DNA from: Clostridia bacterium
Lineage (GTDB): Bacteria > Bacillota > Clostridia > Oscillospirales > Acutalibacteraceae
DNA length: 30,775 nucleotides
Direction of reading: 5' to 3'
NCBI GenBank assembly: GCA_017631705.1
Contig: JAGBSU010000190.1
Location: forward strand, 1-30,775
Shown here: piece after piece, positions 9,301 through 17,628 of the stretch
How the letters are laid out: each line of letters opens with the position of its first letter
How positions within the stretch are numbered: position 1 is the stretch's first letter
Translations under genes and position numbers: made by a program
Notes under the pieces: generated by a model
Seen by the model: only the letters and a program-made list of their open reading frames with translations
What the model was told of the DNA's origin: nothing
Database searches by the model: none

Positions 9301-9919
9301 CACGTTTGCGGAACGCTTTAACAGCGTCCATGTCGCACATTTCAGCCAAATCCTCGTAATCCCACACTTGGATTTTTTGAATTTCATGAGAAGTACGGAA
9401 ACCGTCAAAGAAGTTGATGAACGGCACACGGCTCTTAATGGTTGCCAAGTGAGCCACGGCACCCAAATCCATAACTTCCTGCGGATTGGTTTCTGCCAAC
9501 ATAGCAAAACCGGTTTGACGGCAGGCATACACGTCGGAATGGTCACCGAAAATGTTCAATGCATGCGAAGCCACGCAACGGGCCGACACATGGAACACCG
9601 ACGGCAACAATTCACCGGCGATTTTATACATGTTCGGAATCATGAGCAACAAGCCCTGCGAAGCGGTATAGGTGGTCGTGAGAGCACCGGCTGCTAACGA
9701 GCCGTGCACCGTACCGGCTGCACCGGCTTCGGATTGCATTTCCGACACCTTTACGGTTGTACCGAAAATGTTCTTTTGTCCGGCGGCTGCCCATTGGTCA
9801 ACATAGTCCGCCATCGGACTGGACGGGGTGATGGGGTAAATACCCGCCACTTCCGTGAACGCATACGATACATGCGCCGCGGCATTGTTACCGTCCATAG
9901 TTTTAAACTTTCTTGCCAT
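6395..9919 (-). CDS. nifJ: Pyruvate:ferredoxin (flavodoxin) oxidoreductase
   Basis: 1174 aa; YPITPSS, EMQSEAGAAG, two CxxCxxCxxxCP ferredoxin motifs, GSCAGC, TPP-binding GGDGWAYDIGFGG, YSNTGGQ. Confidence 0.98.
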   Translation of the reverse strand: MARKFKTMDGNNAAAHVSYAFTEVAGIYPITPSSPMADYVDQWAAAGQKNIFGTTVKVSEMQSEAGAAGTVHGSLAAGALTTTYTASQGLLLMIPNMYKIAGELLPSVFHVSARCVASHALNIFGDHSDVYACRQTGFAMLAETNPQEVMDLGAVAHLATIKSRVPFINFFDGFRTSHEIQKIQVWDYEDLAEMCDMDAVKAFRKRALNPEHPVMRGSHENGDIFFQHREACNAYYDAVPGIVEEYMGKVNEKLGTDYQLFNYYGAPDADRVIVAMGSICDVAEEVIDYLTAAGEKVGLVKVRLYRPFSAERFAAAIPATAKTIAVLDRTKEPGALGEPLYLDVVAALAAQGRSKVKVIGGRYGLGSKDTPPSSIFAVYSEMKKKCPKAQFTLGIVDDVTNLSLPEKEAPNTAAEGTIECKFWGLGGDGTVGANKNSIKIIGDHTDKYVQAYFQYDSKKTGGITISHLRFGDQPIKSPYYINKADFVACHNPSYVVKGYKMVNDVKPGGVFMINCQWSAEELERHLPAEAKRYIAKNNIQLYTVNAIDLAMQIGMGKRTNTILQSAFFTLAKVMPQEEAIQHMKDAATKSYSKKGMDIVEMNHKAIDAGATAFVKIDVPAAWAKAKDDAEAPAKNGPAKLVKMVDSIMEPVGKMNGDALPVSAFVDHADGTFEQGASAYEKRGVAVMVPEWNEDTCAKCNKCAFVCPHATIRPFALSEEEVAAAPANMRKAPKPVIKTNYTYTLAVSPMDCMGCGVCVGVCPTNSLTMVSRESQEDQQAVFDYCVEKVSEKPEVQGNTVISSQYKQPLLEFSGSCAGCAETAYARLITQLFGDRMYISNATGCSSIWGGPAATSPYTVNKDGHGPAWANSLFEDNAEHGFGMYLGQKAVRNRLIDEVQEMAASDKASAEFKAVAEEYLNTVNDGAKNTAATKALVAEIEKIADVCDLAKDVYEHREYLSKKSVWIFGGDGWAYDIGFGGVDHVLASGEDVNIMVFDTEVYSNTGGQASKASQIGQVAQFAAAGKAIEKKSLAEIAMSYGYVYVAQIAMGADMNQTVKAIAEAEAYPGPSLIIGYAPCEMHSIKGGMVNCQAEMKKAVDCGYWNMFRFNPAADKKFVIDSKAPTTSYRDFIMNEARYSSLTRSFPERAEALFTEAEQTAMKRYDHLLKLQALYNE

Positions 9920-10079
9920 AGAATATGTCCTCCCTTTTAGGATAATTTAACAGTGTGATGGTAGCGCATTATTATTTATAATATCACGCATCATGATTTT
10001 TGTCATCTGTAAAAATCTGCATTGAAAATATAACAAACTTTAATTTTTTGATTTTATCTCATTGTTTTGCACAAAGCGG

Positions 10080-10886
10080 TTATCGATTGCCTTGCCGATA
10101 CGCCGTTGCCGTCATACCGGTTTGTTTTTTGAACAAACGACAAAAAGATTTTGTGTCGGGAAAACCGGTTTTTTGAGCAATTTCCGACACGCTCAGCGTG
10201 GTATCCTGTAACAAATACCTCGCTTTTTCCAAACGAGTTTCGTTCAATAACGCATGAAAACTTTTCCCGTATACTTTTTTAAAAATGCGGCAAAAACTGC
10301 TCACGCTGTATCCGGTTTTTTCCGCCGCATCACTCACCGTAATGTCGGTATAATAATAATTACGGAGAAGCTCTTCCGCCGCTGTAATCTGCAAATATGC
10401 TTGTTTGTGCGGCGACAGATTTTCCGCTATGGGAAACAGCCGCTGCAACTGTGCGGTGATTTTATATAAATCCCCTCGAATTATCAGTTCCGATTCCGGC
10501 GCGTTGACACGCAGTTCTTCCACTATTTCATCCAACATGGAAAACAGCAGCTCCGTACGAGCATTTCGCGTACATAGCGGAGGTGCAAACAACAGCTTGG
10601 ATGTCATCTCATACGCTTCACCCAAAAAAAAAGGACCGATTTCCAAAGATAAAAACAAATTGTCTTCCTTTGATTCAACAATCGTGTGCTGTTTCATGCT
10701 TTGAACAAGTACGACTTCTTTTTCGGTAACCGTGTACGGTTGATTTTCCAAAATCAACTCCAATTGTCCCGAAAGAACATAGAAGATTTCCAGTTCTTTA
10801 TGATAGTGCGGTGTTTGATAATTGCAGCCGGCACAAAGAGCCGCGCGATACGGTTGACCGCCCAAAAGCATCGGTTGATATTGCAC
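10080..10886 (-). CDS. AraC-family transcriptional regulator (cupin + HTH)
   Basis: N-terminal PHYHKELEIFYVLSG cupin and C-terminal RLEKARYLL...IAQKTGFPDTKSFCRLFKKQTGMT signature; GTG start with RBS AGGAGG. Confidence 0.92.
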   Translation of the reverse strand: MQYQPMLLGGQPYRAALCAGCNYQTPHYHKELEIFYVLSGQLELILENQPYTVTEKEVVLVQSMKQHTIVESKEDNLFLSLEIGPFFLGEAYEMTSKLLFAPPLCTRNARTELLFSMLDEIVEELRVNAPESELIIRGDLYKITAQLQRLFPIAENLSPHKQAYLQITAAEELLRNYYYTDITVSDAAEKTGYSVSSFCRIFKKVYGKSFHALLNETRLEKARYLLQDTTLSVSEIAQKTGFPDTKSFCRLFKKQTGMTATAYRQGNR

Positions 10887-10910
10887 GGAACTCCTCCTTT
10901 TTGATTTATC

Positions 10911-10939
10911 AGTATAACAAATTTCCTTGCGAATGTCAA
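10911..10939 (-). promoter_or_regulatory. Sigma-A promoter of the AraC gene
   Basis: TTGACA-N17-TATACT on the minus strand. Confidence 0.75.
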
Positions 10940-11075
10940 CAGTGCTTGATAATTTTTGCGAATTTTTTAGTGAATTCGGTATTTGTTTTGTGCTAAACCC
11001 TTTTACTATGGTATTACAATGTTAAAAATAGAAGACTACCCATGAATTTCCCGTTTCCGAAAGAGCTTCGTATTC

Positions 11076-11119
11076 AAAAAATCCGTGTGTAACCAATTTC
11101 GGTACACACGGATTTTTTT
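11076..11119. terminator. Terminator after the metal ABC operon (bidirectional shape)
   Basis: AAAAAATCCGTGTGT...ACACACGGATTTTTT stem, 9 nt past the permease stop. Confidence 0.8.
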
Positions 11120-11127
11120 CGTTCATG

Positions 11128-11940
11128 TTATTTCCTTTGCGCCATAAAAAAGGTTCCGAAAAAGACAGTAGCACTGACCAACACAATCATCGGACCGGTT
11201 GCCACCGCATTGAGGTAAGAAAGCACCAATCCCAACAAACCCGAAAACAAAGAGAAAACCAAGGTCAGCATCACATAACTGCGTAAACTTCGTGCGACAT
11301 TCCGTGCCGCCGCCGCCGGCAAAATCAACATCGCGTTAATCAACAGCAAACCAACCCAACGCACCGCCAACATCACCACCAACGCCATGACGACGACAAA
11401 CAGATTGTCCAACCATACGGTTGGCAAGCCGTGACTTCTTGCCAATGAAGGGTTCAGCGACACCGCAAAAAAGCCATTAAAACAAAACACCCAAACCAGA
11501 AAAACAATGACTAAAGTCCCGGCCAGCACCCAAAGCTGTGGCACCGTAATGGACAGTACATCACCAATCAACAAGCTTTGATAACCCGAAAAACGGCTGT
11601 GACGAGAAAGCAGTACTAATCCCAAAGCTACCCCACAAGAGGAAAAAACGCCGATGACCGTATCGGTGGAGGAAAGTTTTGAACAGCGAATGGCGTTCAT
11701 CAACAACGCAAACAACACCGCAAAGAGCAACATTATCGGTTGAGGTTCTGCCAAACCAAACAGCATCCCCACCGCCGCACCGGTCAATGCCGAATGCCCT
11801 AACGCATCGGAGAAAAAGGACATGCCGTTGTTAACCACCAATGTTCCAAGTAACGAAAACAGCGGCATCATGAGCAACACGCCCCATAAAGCACGCCGCA
11901 TAAAATCATAGGTTAGCATATTTTGCAATGCTTCTATCAT
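11128..11940 (-). CDS. znuB: Zn/Mn ABC transporter permease (ZnuB-like)
   Basis: SFFSDALGHSALTG, GDVLSI and VGLLLINAMLILPAAAA ABC-3 motifs; ATGA overlap with the ATPase gene. Confidence 0.85.
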   Translation of the reverse strand: MIEALQNMLTYDFMRRALWGVLLMMPLFSLLGTLVVNNGMSFFSDALGHSALTGAAVGMLFGLAEPQPIMLLFAVLFALLMNAIRCSKLSSTDTVIGVFSSCGVALGLVLLSRHSRFSGYQSLLIGDVLSITVPQLWVLAGTLVIVFLVWVFCFNGFFAVSLNPSLARSHGLPTVWLDNLFVVVMALVVMLAVRWVGLLLINAMLILPAAAARNVARSLRSYVMLTLVFSLFSGLLGLVLSYLNAVATGPMIVLVSATVFFGTFFMAQRK

Positions 11941-12674
11941 CGCCGACCCTCCTTTTCACCGAAGGTGTCAACAAAGACCTTGGTAGCAAACACCTCGTCC
12001 GGTGTGCCATATGCCTCCACCGTTTTGTCCAGCAGTACAACTCGCTCGGCATGCTCATACACAAACGACAAATCGTGCGACACCAATAAAATTACCATAT
12101 CCTGTTGCTTTAACTCTTCCAGCAACCGATAAAATTCTTCCAACCCGTTTTGGTCAACGCCGGAAACCGGCTCGTCTAAGACCAACAAATCGGGGTTAGA
12201 CACCGTTGCCGCCGCCAACAACACCCGTTGCAGTTCCCCGCCGGATAACTTTCCCAAGGGTTGATCAAGCAACGTTTCCGCGTGGAACCGTGCCAGATGG
12301 GTTCTGAGCTTTTGTACCGTTTTCTTTCGTTTCGGGAAAAACACAGGATAAACCGAGGTTAAGGACTGCAACACATCTCCGACCGTCGCCGGTGAATGGC
12401 GGTCAAGTGCGACCGCTTGCGGCACATACCCGATTTTCGGTTTTTGACCGCTAACCGGTGTGCCGTTGTGTCCGGAAAACGTGACTTGCCCTTCGTGAGG
12501 AATTTCTCCCAAAATGGCTTTGAGTAAGGTGCTTTTTCCGGCACCGTTTTTTCCGATAATCGCCGTCAATTGCCCGCAATGGCTGTGCAAATTAACATCG
12601 TGCAACAACACCTGACCGTCGGCTTCCACACCGATACCCGTCACCGTTAAACAATGCAGTCCGCAATGGCTCAT
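11937..12674 (-). CDS. znuC: Zn/Mn ABC transporter ATP-binding protein (ZnuC-like)
   Basis: Walker A GKNGAGKST, LSGGELQR, LLVLDEPVSGVD, H-loop SHD; start ATG 12674 with RBS GGAGG. Confidence 0.88.
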   Translation of the reverse strand: MSHCGLHCLTVTGIGVEADGQVLLHDVNLHSHCGQLTAIIGKNGAGKSTLLKAILGEIPHEGQVTFSGHNGTPVSGQKPKIGYVPQAVALDRHSPATVGDVLQSLTSVYPVFFPKRKKTVQKLRTHLARFHAETLLDQPLGKLSGGELQRVLLAAATVSNPDLLVLDEPVSGVDQNGLEEFYRLLEELKQQDMVILLVSHDLSFVYEHAERVVLLDKTVEAYGTPDEVFATKVFVDTFGEKEGRR

Positions 12675-13597
12675 GACAGCACCTCCTGTAATTGTGTTAG
12701 GTTTTTTTCCATGGCCGTCAACCAAACTTCTTCATCCGGCACACCTGCTATCGGTTTCGTAGCGCTGTTCCACAGAATCTTAGCCGCCGTCTCGGCATAT
12801 CCCAATAAAGATTCGTGTGCTACGGGATATTGGCTGTCGTATAAAAACAACACGGCTTTTCCTCTTACTTGTTCGGCAAGCGTTGCCAACATTGCGGCAG
12901 AGGCACCCTGTTCTTCTCCCAAGGGAACCACCCCGACCACCGCCAAACTCAACTCGCTTGCCGGATATGCCACCGAATCATGGAATAAAACCGCGTGGGT
13001 AAACGGCAACGCTATCGTCTTCATACGCGTCTCTATCCTCTTAATGCTTTCGATGTATCGTTGGGCATTTTTTTGATATGCCGTGGCGTTAGCGGGCTGC
13101 AAGCGACACAACCCCTCGCACAACCGACGAACCTGCTCGGCATATAACGACGGACTAAGCCAAGCGTGTTCGTTGACCGCGTGTTTGTGTTCATGCTCAT
13201 GCTCATCACATGCCGCTTCTTGTAAAGAAAGACCTTCTGTTGTGTCAACACACGGCAAGTTTGGAAGAGCCGCTAACGCTTGCGATAAAAACCCTTTTGC
13301 ATCGGCACCGTTCAACAATAACACATCCGCCGCCGACAACCGTGCCATTTCGGCAGGCGACAATTGATAATCGTGCATACATCCTGCCGTTGGCTGTGTT
13401 AAGCAAGAAACGGTAACTCCCTCACAATCTCCCACCACTTGCAATGCCGCCGTATACAAAGGGAAAAAACTTGTCATCACCGAAAAATCATCCGTTGCCT
13501 CTTTGGGCTGTTGCACACCGATCAGTGCTGTTATTCCGAGAGACGACACCAAAACGCCAATCAACAAAAGAGCAATTGCCCCGTACGGTTTTTTCAA
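12671..13597 (-). CDS. znuA: Zn/Mn ABC transporter substrate-binding protein (ZnuA/AdcA-like)
   Basis: CMHDYQLSP, His-rich HEHEHKH loop, NEHAWLSP and FHD. Likely TTG start at 13597 after RBS AAAGGGGAG; the ORF-track N-terminal extension crosses the promoters. Confidence 0.82.
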   Translation of the reverse strand: MKKPYGAIALLLIGVLVSSLGITALIGVQQPKEATDDFSVMTSFFPLYTAALQVVGDCEGVTVSCLTQPTAGCMHDYQLSPAEMARLSAADVLLLNGADAKGFLSQALAALPNLPCVDTTEGLSLQEAACDEHEHEHKHAVNEHAWLSPSLYAEQVRRLCEGLCRLQPANATAYQKNAQRYIESIKRIETRMKTIALPFTHAVLFHDSVAYPASELSLAVVGVVPLGEEQGASAAMLATLAEQVRGKAVLFLYDSQYPVAHESLLGYAETAAKILWNSATKPIAGVPDEEVWLTAMEKNLTQLQEVLS

Positions 13598-13631
13598 GAT
13601 GTCGACTCCCCTTTCTGCATGGTTTGAATAA

Positions 13632-13660
13632 ATGGTAAGTCTTTCCCAAACAAATGTCAA
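13632..13660 (-). promoter_or_regulatory. Sigma-A promoter of the znu-like operon
   Basis: TTGACA-N17-TACCAT on the minus strand. Confidence 0.65.
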
Positions 13661-13668
13661 GAAAATTC

Positions 13669-13697
13669 TTGTCAGCGGAGATAAAATAAGGTATACT
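13669..13697 (+). promoter_or_regulatory. Sigma-A promoter of holB-ricT-rmuC
   Basis: TTGTCA-N17-TATACT. Confidence 0.65.
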
Positions 13698-13736
13698 ATG
13701 TACAGTGGAGTAGTTTTGAGAAAGGGAGAGTGCTTG

Positions 13737-14738
13737 ATGAACTGGCTATTACCCGACGGCTCTCCCTTTGTGGGGAATGCCGCCGCCAAAGCGTTGTTGT
13801 CGTCTCGGTTAGACGCCGGCTCATTTCCGCACGCCATCCTCATTGAGGGTCCGGTCGGCAGCGGCCGTCGTTCGTTGGCGCGGTTATTAGCCGCCGCCGC
13901 TTTGTGTTCCGAAGATCAACGCCCTTGTGGGATGTGCTCTGCTTGCCGCAAAGCATTTGGTGGGATTCACCCCGATATTACCGAACTCGGCGGCAACGGC
14001 GAGGCACGGTCGTTTCACATTGATGTCATTCGCACCTTACAAGAGGATGCCTACATACTTCCTAACGAGGCATCTCGTCGGGTGTTTTTGTTGTGGGATG
14101 TTGAAAACTTGACCGAACAAGCACAAAACGCTTTACTGAAAATTTTGGAAGAGCCGCCGGCACATGTGTTGTTCATTCTCACCTGTGAACAGCGCTCTTT
14201 GCTGTTAGATACCGTCCTCTCTCGCGTATTTACCGTTTCCCTCAGCGGTGTTTCAACCGAAGAAGCACTCGCGGTGTTACAAAGCCGCCTACCGGAAAAA
14301 TCGCCGAACGAACTGTCTCGAGCAGTGGTATTATGGGGCGGTATCATCGGGCAAGCCTTGCGGGGCATGGAAGACGGCTCCTATCAAGAAATCGTTGATA
14401 TTCTTCCCACCATCACCGCCGGCATCACCGCACCGACCGAACTGTCTTTATTGTTGGCCACCGCACCGCTTGAAAAAAGGAAGGAAGCGGTTCCTGCCGT
14501 CTTGAGTGGATTGCAGCTTATCTTCCGCGATGCGTTGCTTGCCAAAAGCGGAAGCACGGTATTTTTAGGCACCTGCCCTGCCGGCTCAAGGGCTTTAGCA
14601 CAAGCTCTTACCCGCCCGCGGCTTCTCGCGTTGCTTTCGGTGATAGAGGACTTGCAACAAGCGCGGTTGCGCAACATGAATCACACGCTGTTTATCACGC
14701 TTTTGTGTGCTCGCTTGCGGCGAGCCGCCGGGCGATAA
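13737..14738 (+). CDS. holB: DNA polymerase III delta' subunit
   Basis: HAILIEGPVGSGR, zinc motif PCGMCSAC, HPDI, QNALLKILEEPP; upstream of ricT as in conserved Firmicute synteny. Confidence 0.88.
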   Translation: MNWLLPDGSPFVGNAAAKALLSSRLDAGSFPHAILIEGPVGSGRRSLARLLAAAALCSEDQRPCGMCSACRKAFGGIHPDITELGGNGEARSFHIDVIRTLQEDAYILPNEASRRVFLLWDVENLTEQAQNALLKILEEPPAHVLFILTCEQRSLLLDTVLSRVFTVSLSGVSTEEALAVLQSRLPEKSPNELSRAVVLWGGIIGQALRGMEDGSYQEIVDILPTITAGITAPTELSLLLATAPLEKRKEAVPAVLSGLQLIFRDALLAKSGSTVFLGTCPAGSRALAQALTRPRLLALLSVIEDLQQARLRNMNHTLFITLLCARLRRAAGR

Positions 14739-14775
14739 CTTTACGTTTTTTGACCAAATGAAAGGTGGAATTCTT

Positions 14776-15639
14776 ATGACCGATGTTATCGGGATTCGTT
14801 TTAAAAACATGGGCAAAATGTATTATTTTGCCGCCGCCGGCCACACCTTCAAGAAAGGAGACCACGCTATTGTGGAAACTTCCCGCGGTGTGGAATGCGG
14901 GGAGGTGGTAATGGAAAACCGTCGCCTGGATGATACCGCCTTTCCGCAACCTCTCAAACCGGTTATCCGTGTCGCTACACCGGAAGATGTCAAGCACGCC
15001 GAAGAATTGGCGGTGCGTGAAAAAAAGGCTTTGGCGTTGTGTGAAGAGCGTGTCGCCGCCCATAAATTGGAAATGAGTCTTATCGGTGCCGAATGCTCGT
15101 TTGACAATTCTAAAATTCTGTTTTATTTCACCGCCGAGGGTCGTGTTGACTTCCGCAATCTGGTTAAAGACCTCGCAGGATTGTTTCATGCACGCATTGA
15201 GTTGCGTCAGGTCGGTGTTCGTGACGAAGCCAAAATGCTCGGCGGTTTAGGAATTTGCGGTCGTCCGCTTTGCTGTGCACAATTCCTATCAGATTTTCAA
15301 CCGGTTTCCATCAAAATGGCAAAAGAACAAGGCTTATCTCTTAATCCCACTAAAATTTCCGGTTCCTGCGGACGGCTGATGTGTTGCCTGAAATACGAAC
15401 AAGATGTCTATTCCTCGCTGTTAAAGGTTACACCAAAGCAAGGCGCATTGGTCAACACACCCGAAGGCCGCGGAACCGTAACAGAAGTCGCTTTACTTTC
15501 CGGCACATTGAAGGTGCGTTTAGAAAAATCGCCGGATTCTCCGCCGACAACCTTTTCGCGCGACGATGTCAAAACCATCAAGGACGGTCATACTAAAATA
15601 GAAAAAGCCGAGCTCGATGAGCTTGCCGGCTTGGAGTAA
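14776..15639 (+). CDS. ricT: RicT/YaaT (PSP1 domain) regulatory Fe-S protein
   Basis: RVDFRNLVKDLA, RIELRQVGVRDEAK, GICGRPLCC and SGSCGRLMCCLKYE. Confidence 0.92.
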   Translation: MTDVIGIRFKNMGKMYYFAAAGHTFKKGDHAIVETSRGVECGEVVMENRRLDDTAFPQPLKPVIRVATPEDVKHAEELAVREKKALALCEERVAAHKLEMSLIGAECSFDNSKILFYFTAEGRVDFRNLVKDLAGLFHARIELRQVGVRDEAKMLGGLGICGRPLCCAQFLSDFQPVSIKMAKEQGLSLNPTKISGSCGRLMCCLKYEQDVYSSLLKVTPKQGALVNTPEGRGTVTEVALLSGTLKVRLEKSPDSPPTTFSRDDVKTIKDGHTKIEKAELDELAGLE

Positions 15640-15643
15640 CGCT

Positions 15644-16825
15644 ATGGAATTTTGGATTGGTATTGTTTTGTTTGTCATTGTTCTGGTACTGCAAATCTTG
15701 TTGCTGACCCGTAAACCGCAGGCCGACACACGGTTGGAAGAAACCGAGCGCCGTTTACGGGAAGAATTGCGCAGTACACGACAAGAACTCAACGACTCAT
15801 TAAAAGAAATGAACCGCATCATTACCGAAGGTCAAAAAGAAACTTTAAAGGTTTCCGGTGAATATCAGGAAAAATTAAACACTTCTCTCACCACCACGGT
15901 ACGAGCTTTGCAAGAAAGCAATGAAAAAAAACTGGACCAAATGCGAGCCACCGTCGACGAAAAACTGCAAAGCACCTTGGAAAAACGCTTGGATTCCAGT
16001 TTTAAGACGGTAGGAGAACAATTGCAAAGCGTATATAAATCGCTCGGAGAAATGCGCGAACTTGCCGGCGGTGTCAGCGAATTACAGCGCGTTCTTACCA
16101 ATGTCAAAGCACGCGGTACTTGGGCCGAGGTCCAGCTCGGCAACATCTTAGAGCAAACTCTCACCGCCGAACAATACAGCCAAAACGTTTCGGTTCGTAA
16201 CAACCGAGAGTTGGTGGAATATGCCGTTAAAATCCCCTCTCGCGATGAAGACGGCACCTTCGTTTGGCTTCCCATTGACTCCAAATTTCCGCAAGAAGAC
16301 TATGTGCGGTTATGTGATGCGGCAGAGCGTGCCGACAAAGAGGCTGCCGAAGCAGCGGCAAAAGCACTGGAACGCACCCTACGCAACGAAGCCAAAACCA
16401 TTGCCGACTTGTATATTGAGGTGCCGAAAACTACCGATTTTGCCATTCTCTTTTTACCCACCGAAGGGTTGTATGCCGAAGTGTTGCGTCGTCCCGGATT
16501 GATGGAGGATTTGCAAAACAAATACCGCGTCATGGTTTGCGGCCCTACCACGATTACCGCCTTCCTCAACACCCTGCGTATTGGTTTCCGTACCATCGCA
16601 TTAGATAAACGTGCCGCCGAAGTGTGGAAAGTACTGGGTGCTGCCAAAACGCAATACGATACGTTTGAAGGCTTGCTCGAAAAAGCCAAAAAGAAAATTG
16701 ACGAAGCCGGCAACGCTTTGGATACCGCTCAACACCGCAACGACATGATACTGAAAAAACTTCGTCGTGTGGAAGCTGTGGAAGGCTCACAAGCCGACTC
16801 GTTACTTGCTTTGCCCGATGACTGA
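15644..16825 (+). CDS. rmuC: DNA recombination protein RmuC
   Basis: N-terminal TM plus coiled coil, NVKARGTWAEVQL, LPIDSKFP, FAILFLPTEGLYAE, GPTT. Confidence 0.93.
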   Translation: MEFWIGIVLFVIVLVLQILLLTRKPQADTRLEETERRLREELRSTRQELNDSLKEMNRIITEGQKETLKVSGEYQEKLNTSLTTTVRALQESNEKKLDQMRATVDEKLQSTLEKRLDSSFKTVGEQLQSVYKSLGEMRELAGGVSELQRVLTNVKARGTWAEVQLGNILEQTLTAEQYSQNVSVRNNRELVEYAVKIPSRDEDGTFVWLPIDSKFPQEDYVRLCDAAERADKEAAEAAAKALERTLRNEAKTIADLYIEVPKTTDFAILFLPTEGLYAEVLRRPGLMEDLQNKYRVMVCGPTTITAFLNTLRIGFRTIALDKRAAEVWKVLGAAKTQYDTFEGLLEKAKKKIDEAGNALDTAQHRNDMILKKLRRVEAVEGSQADSLLALPDD

Positions 16826-16853
16826 TTAAATAACTCAACTGGTTTTTATGCGT

Positions 16854-16889
16854 AAAAACGCCGAATTGCTTGGCAATTCGGCGTTTTTT
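16854..16889. terminator. Bidirectional terminator between convergent rmuC and folT
   Basis: AAAAACGCCGAATTGC-TTG-GCAATTCGGCGTTTTT. Confidence 0.88.
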
Positions 16890-16901
16890 GTTATGTACTT
16901 A

Positions 16902-17447
16902 TCAAACGGTTTTTCTAATCGATTTTAACAGCGGCACTAGCAGGACTGCAAACACCACGGTTGTCACGGTGCTGACCACAATTCGAATCGACAATGCACC
17001 AAATACCACGGCCGGTGAATAGTACCCGTAAATCACGCTGTCCAAATAAATCACGACGGTGTTGCAAGCCGTCACCAACAATGAAGACAGCACCGTGTTC
17101 GCACATAGCGGCCAAAAGGTTTCTCGCCGACCGAACGCACGGTACAACAGTCCCACCGAAAGGCCTCGAACGGCGGCCGGTAAAATCCAAAAAATTGTTG
17201 TCGGGGTTAGCCCGTAGGTGACCAGCTGTGTCAGCAGTTCGCTAACCGCCCCAACCACCATGCCGGAAACCGGACCGAATAAAATAGCCGCAACTATGGT
17301 AGGCAAACTGTTTAACGGAATCTTCATCGTTCCGCCTGTGGCGGTGGAAAGGTAGGTAGACAGCACATCCAGCAAAAAGCATAATGCTATCATCGCTGCC
17401 TGCACACATAATCCGATTGTTTTGTTCTTAAATGGTTGTTTTGACAT
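16902..17447 (-). CDS. folT: Folate ECF transporter S component (FolT)
   Basis: Small, highly hydrophobic S-component pattern (AILFGPVSGMVVGAVSELL) under a THF riboswitch; ATG 17447 with RBS AGGAGG. Confidence 0.85.
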   Translation of the reverse strand: MSKQPFKNKTIGLCVQAAMIALCFLLDVLSTYLSTATGGTMKIPLNSLPTIVAAILFGPVSGMVVGAVSELLTQLVTYGLTPTTIFWILPAAVRGLSVGLLYRAFGRRETFWPLCANTVLSSLLVTACNTVVIYLDSVIYGYYSPAVVFGALSIRIVVSTVTTVVFAVLLVPLLKSIRKTV

Positions 17448-17525
17448 AAAATCTCCTCCTTGTGGGCATTGCCCTTTTCCCTTTTTGTCGGCATACCAAG
17501 GAGAAGTCTCGTTGATTATGTCACG

Positions 17526-17623
17526 ACAGCGGGATGCGACCGATGAACCGCAAGAATCTTCTTTTCGTCCATGGAGCAACTCCCCGTCTCCACAGCACTT
17601 AACGCACATCGGTCTACTCTGTT
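17526..17623 (-). ncRNA. THF (tetrahydrofolate) riboswitch aptamer
   Basis: Minus strand reads ACAGAGUAGACCGAUGUGCGUUAAGUGCUGUGGAGACGGGGAGUUGCUCCAUGGACGAAAAGAAGAUUCUUGCGGUUCAUCGGUCGCAUCCCGCUGU. It carries the THF-I hallmarks AGAGUAG, UGCGUUAAGUG, GACGGG-GUUG, ACGAAA, UUGCGG and CGCAUC-CGCUG, and lies upstream of folT. Confidence 0.92.
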
Positions 17624-17628
17624 TTTCA

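Noticed and set aside
8372-9697. 441-aa + strand ORF; similar long antisense ORFs at 728-1588, 7502-8356 and 22407-23138
   Set aside because: These lie exactly opposite highly conserved genes (PFOR, ftsZ, helicase) and show no RBS or motifs. They are shadow ORFs produced by codon bias.
10019-10036. Possible Rex operator upstream of PFOR
   Set aside because: Only the right half (TAACAA) matches TTGTTAA-N4-TTAACAA; there is no convincing palindrome.
13598-13843. Long N-terminal extensions in ORF-track calls (znuA to 13843, guaB to 20552, folT to 17609, holB from 13632)
   Set aside because: The extensions run through promoters, the riboswitch or neighbouring genes. Downstream starts have clear RBSs and match family N-termini.
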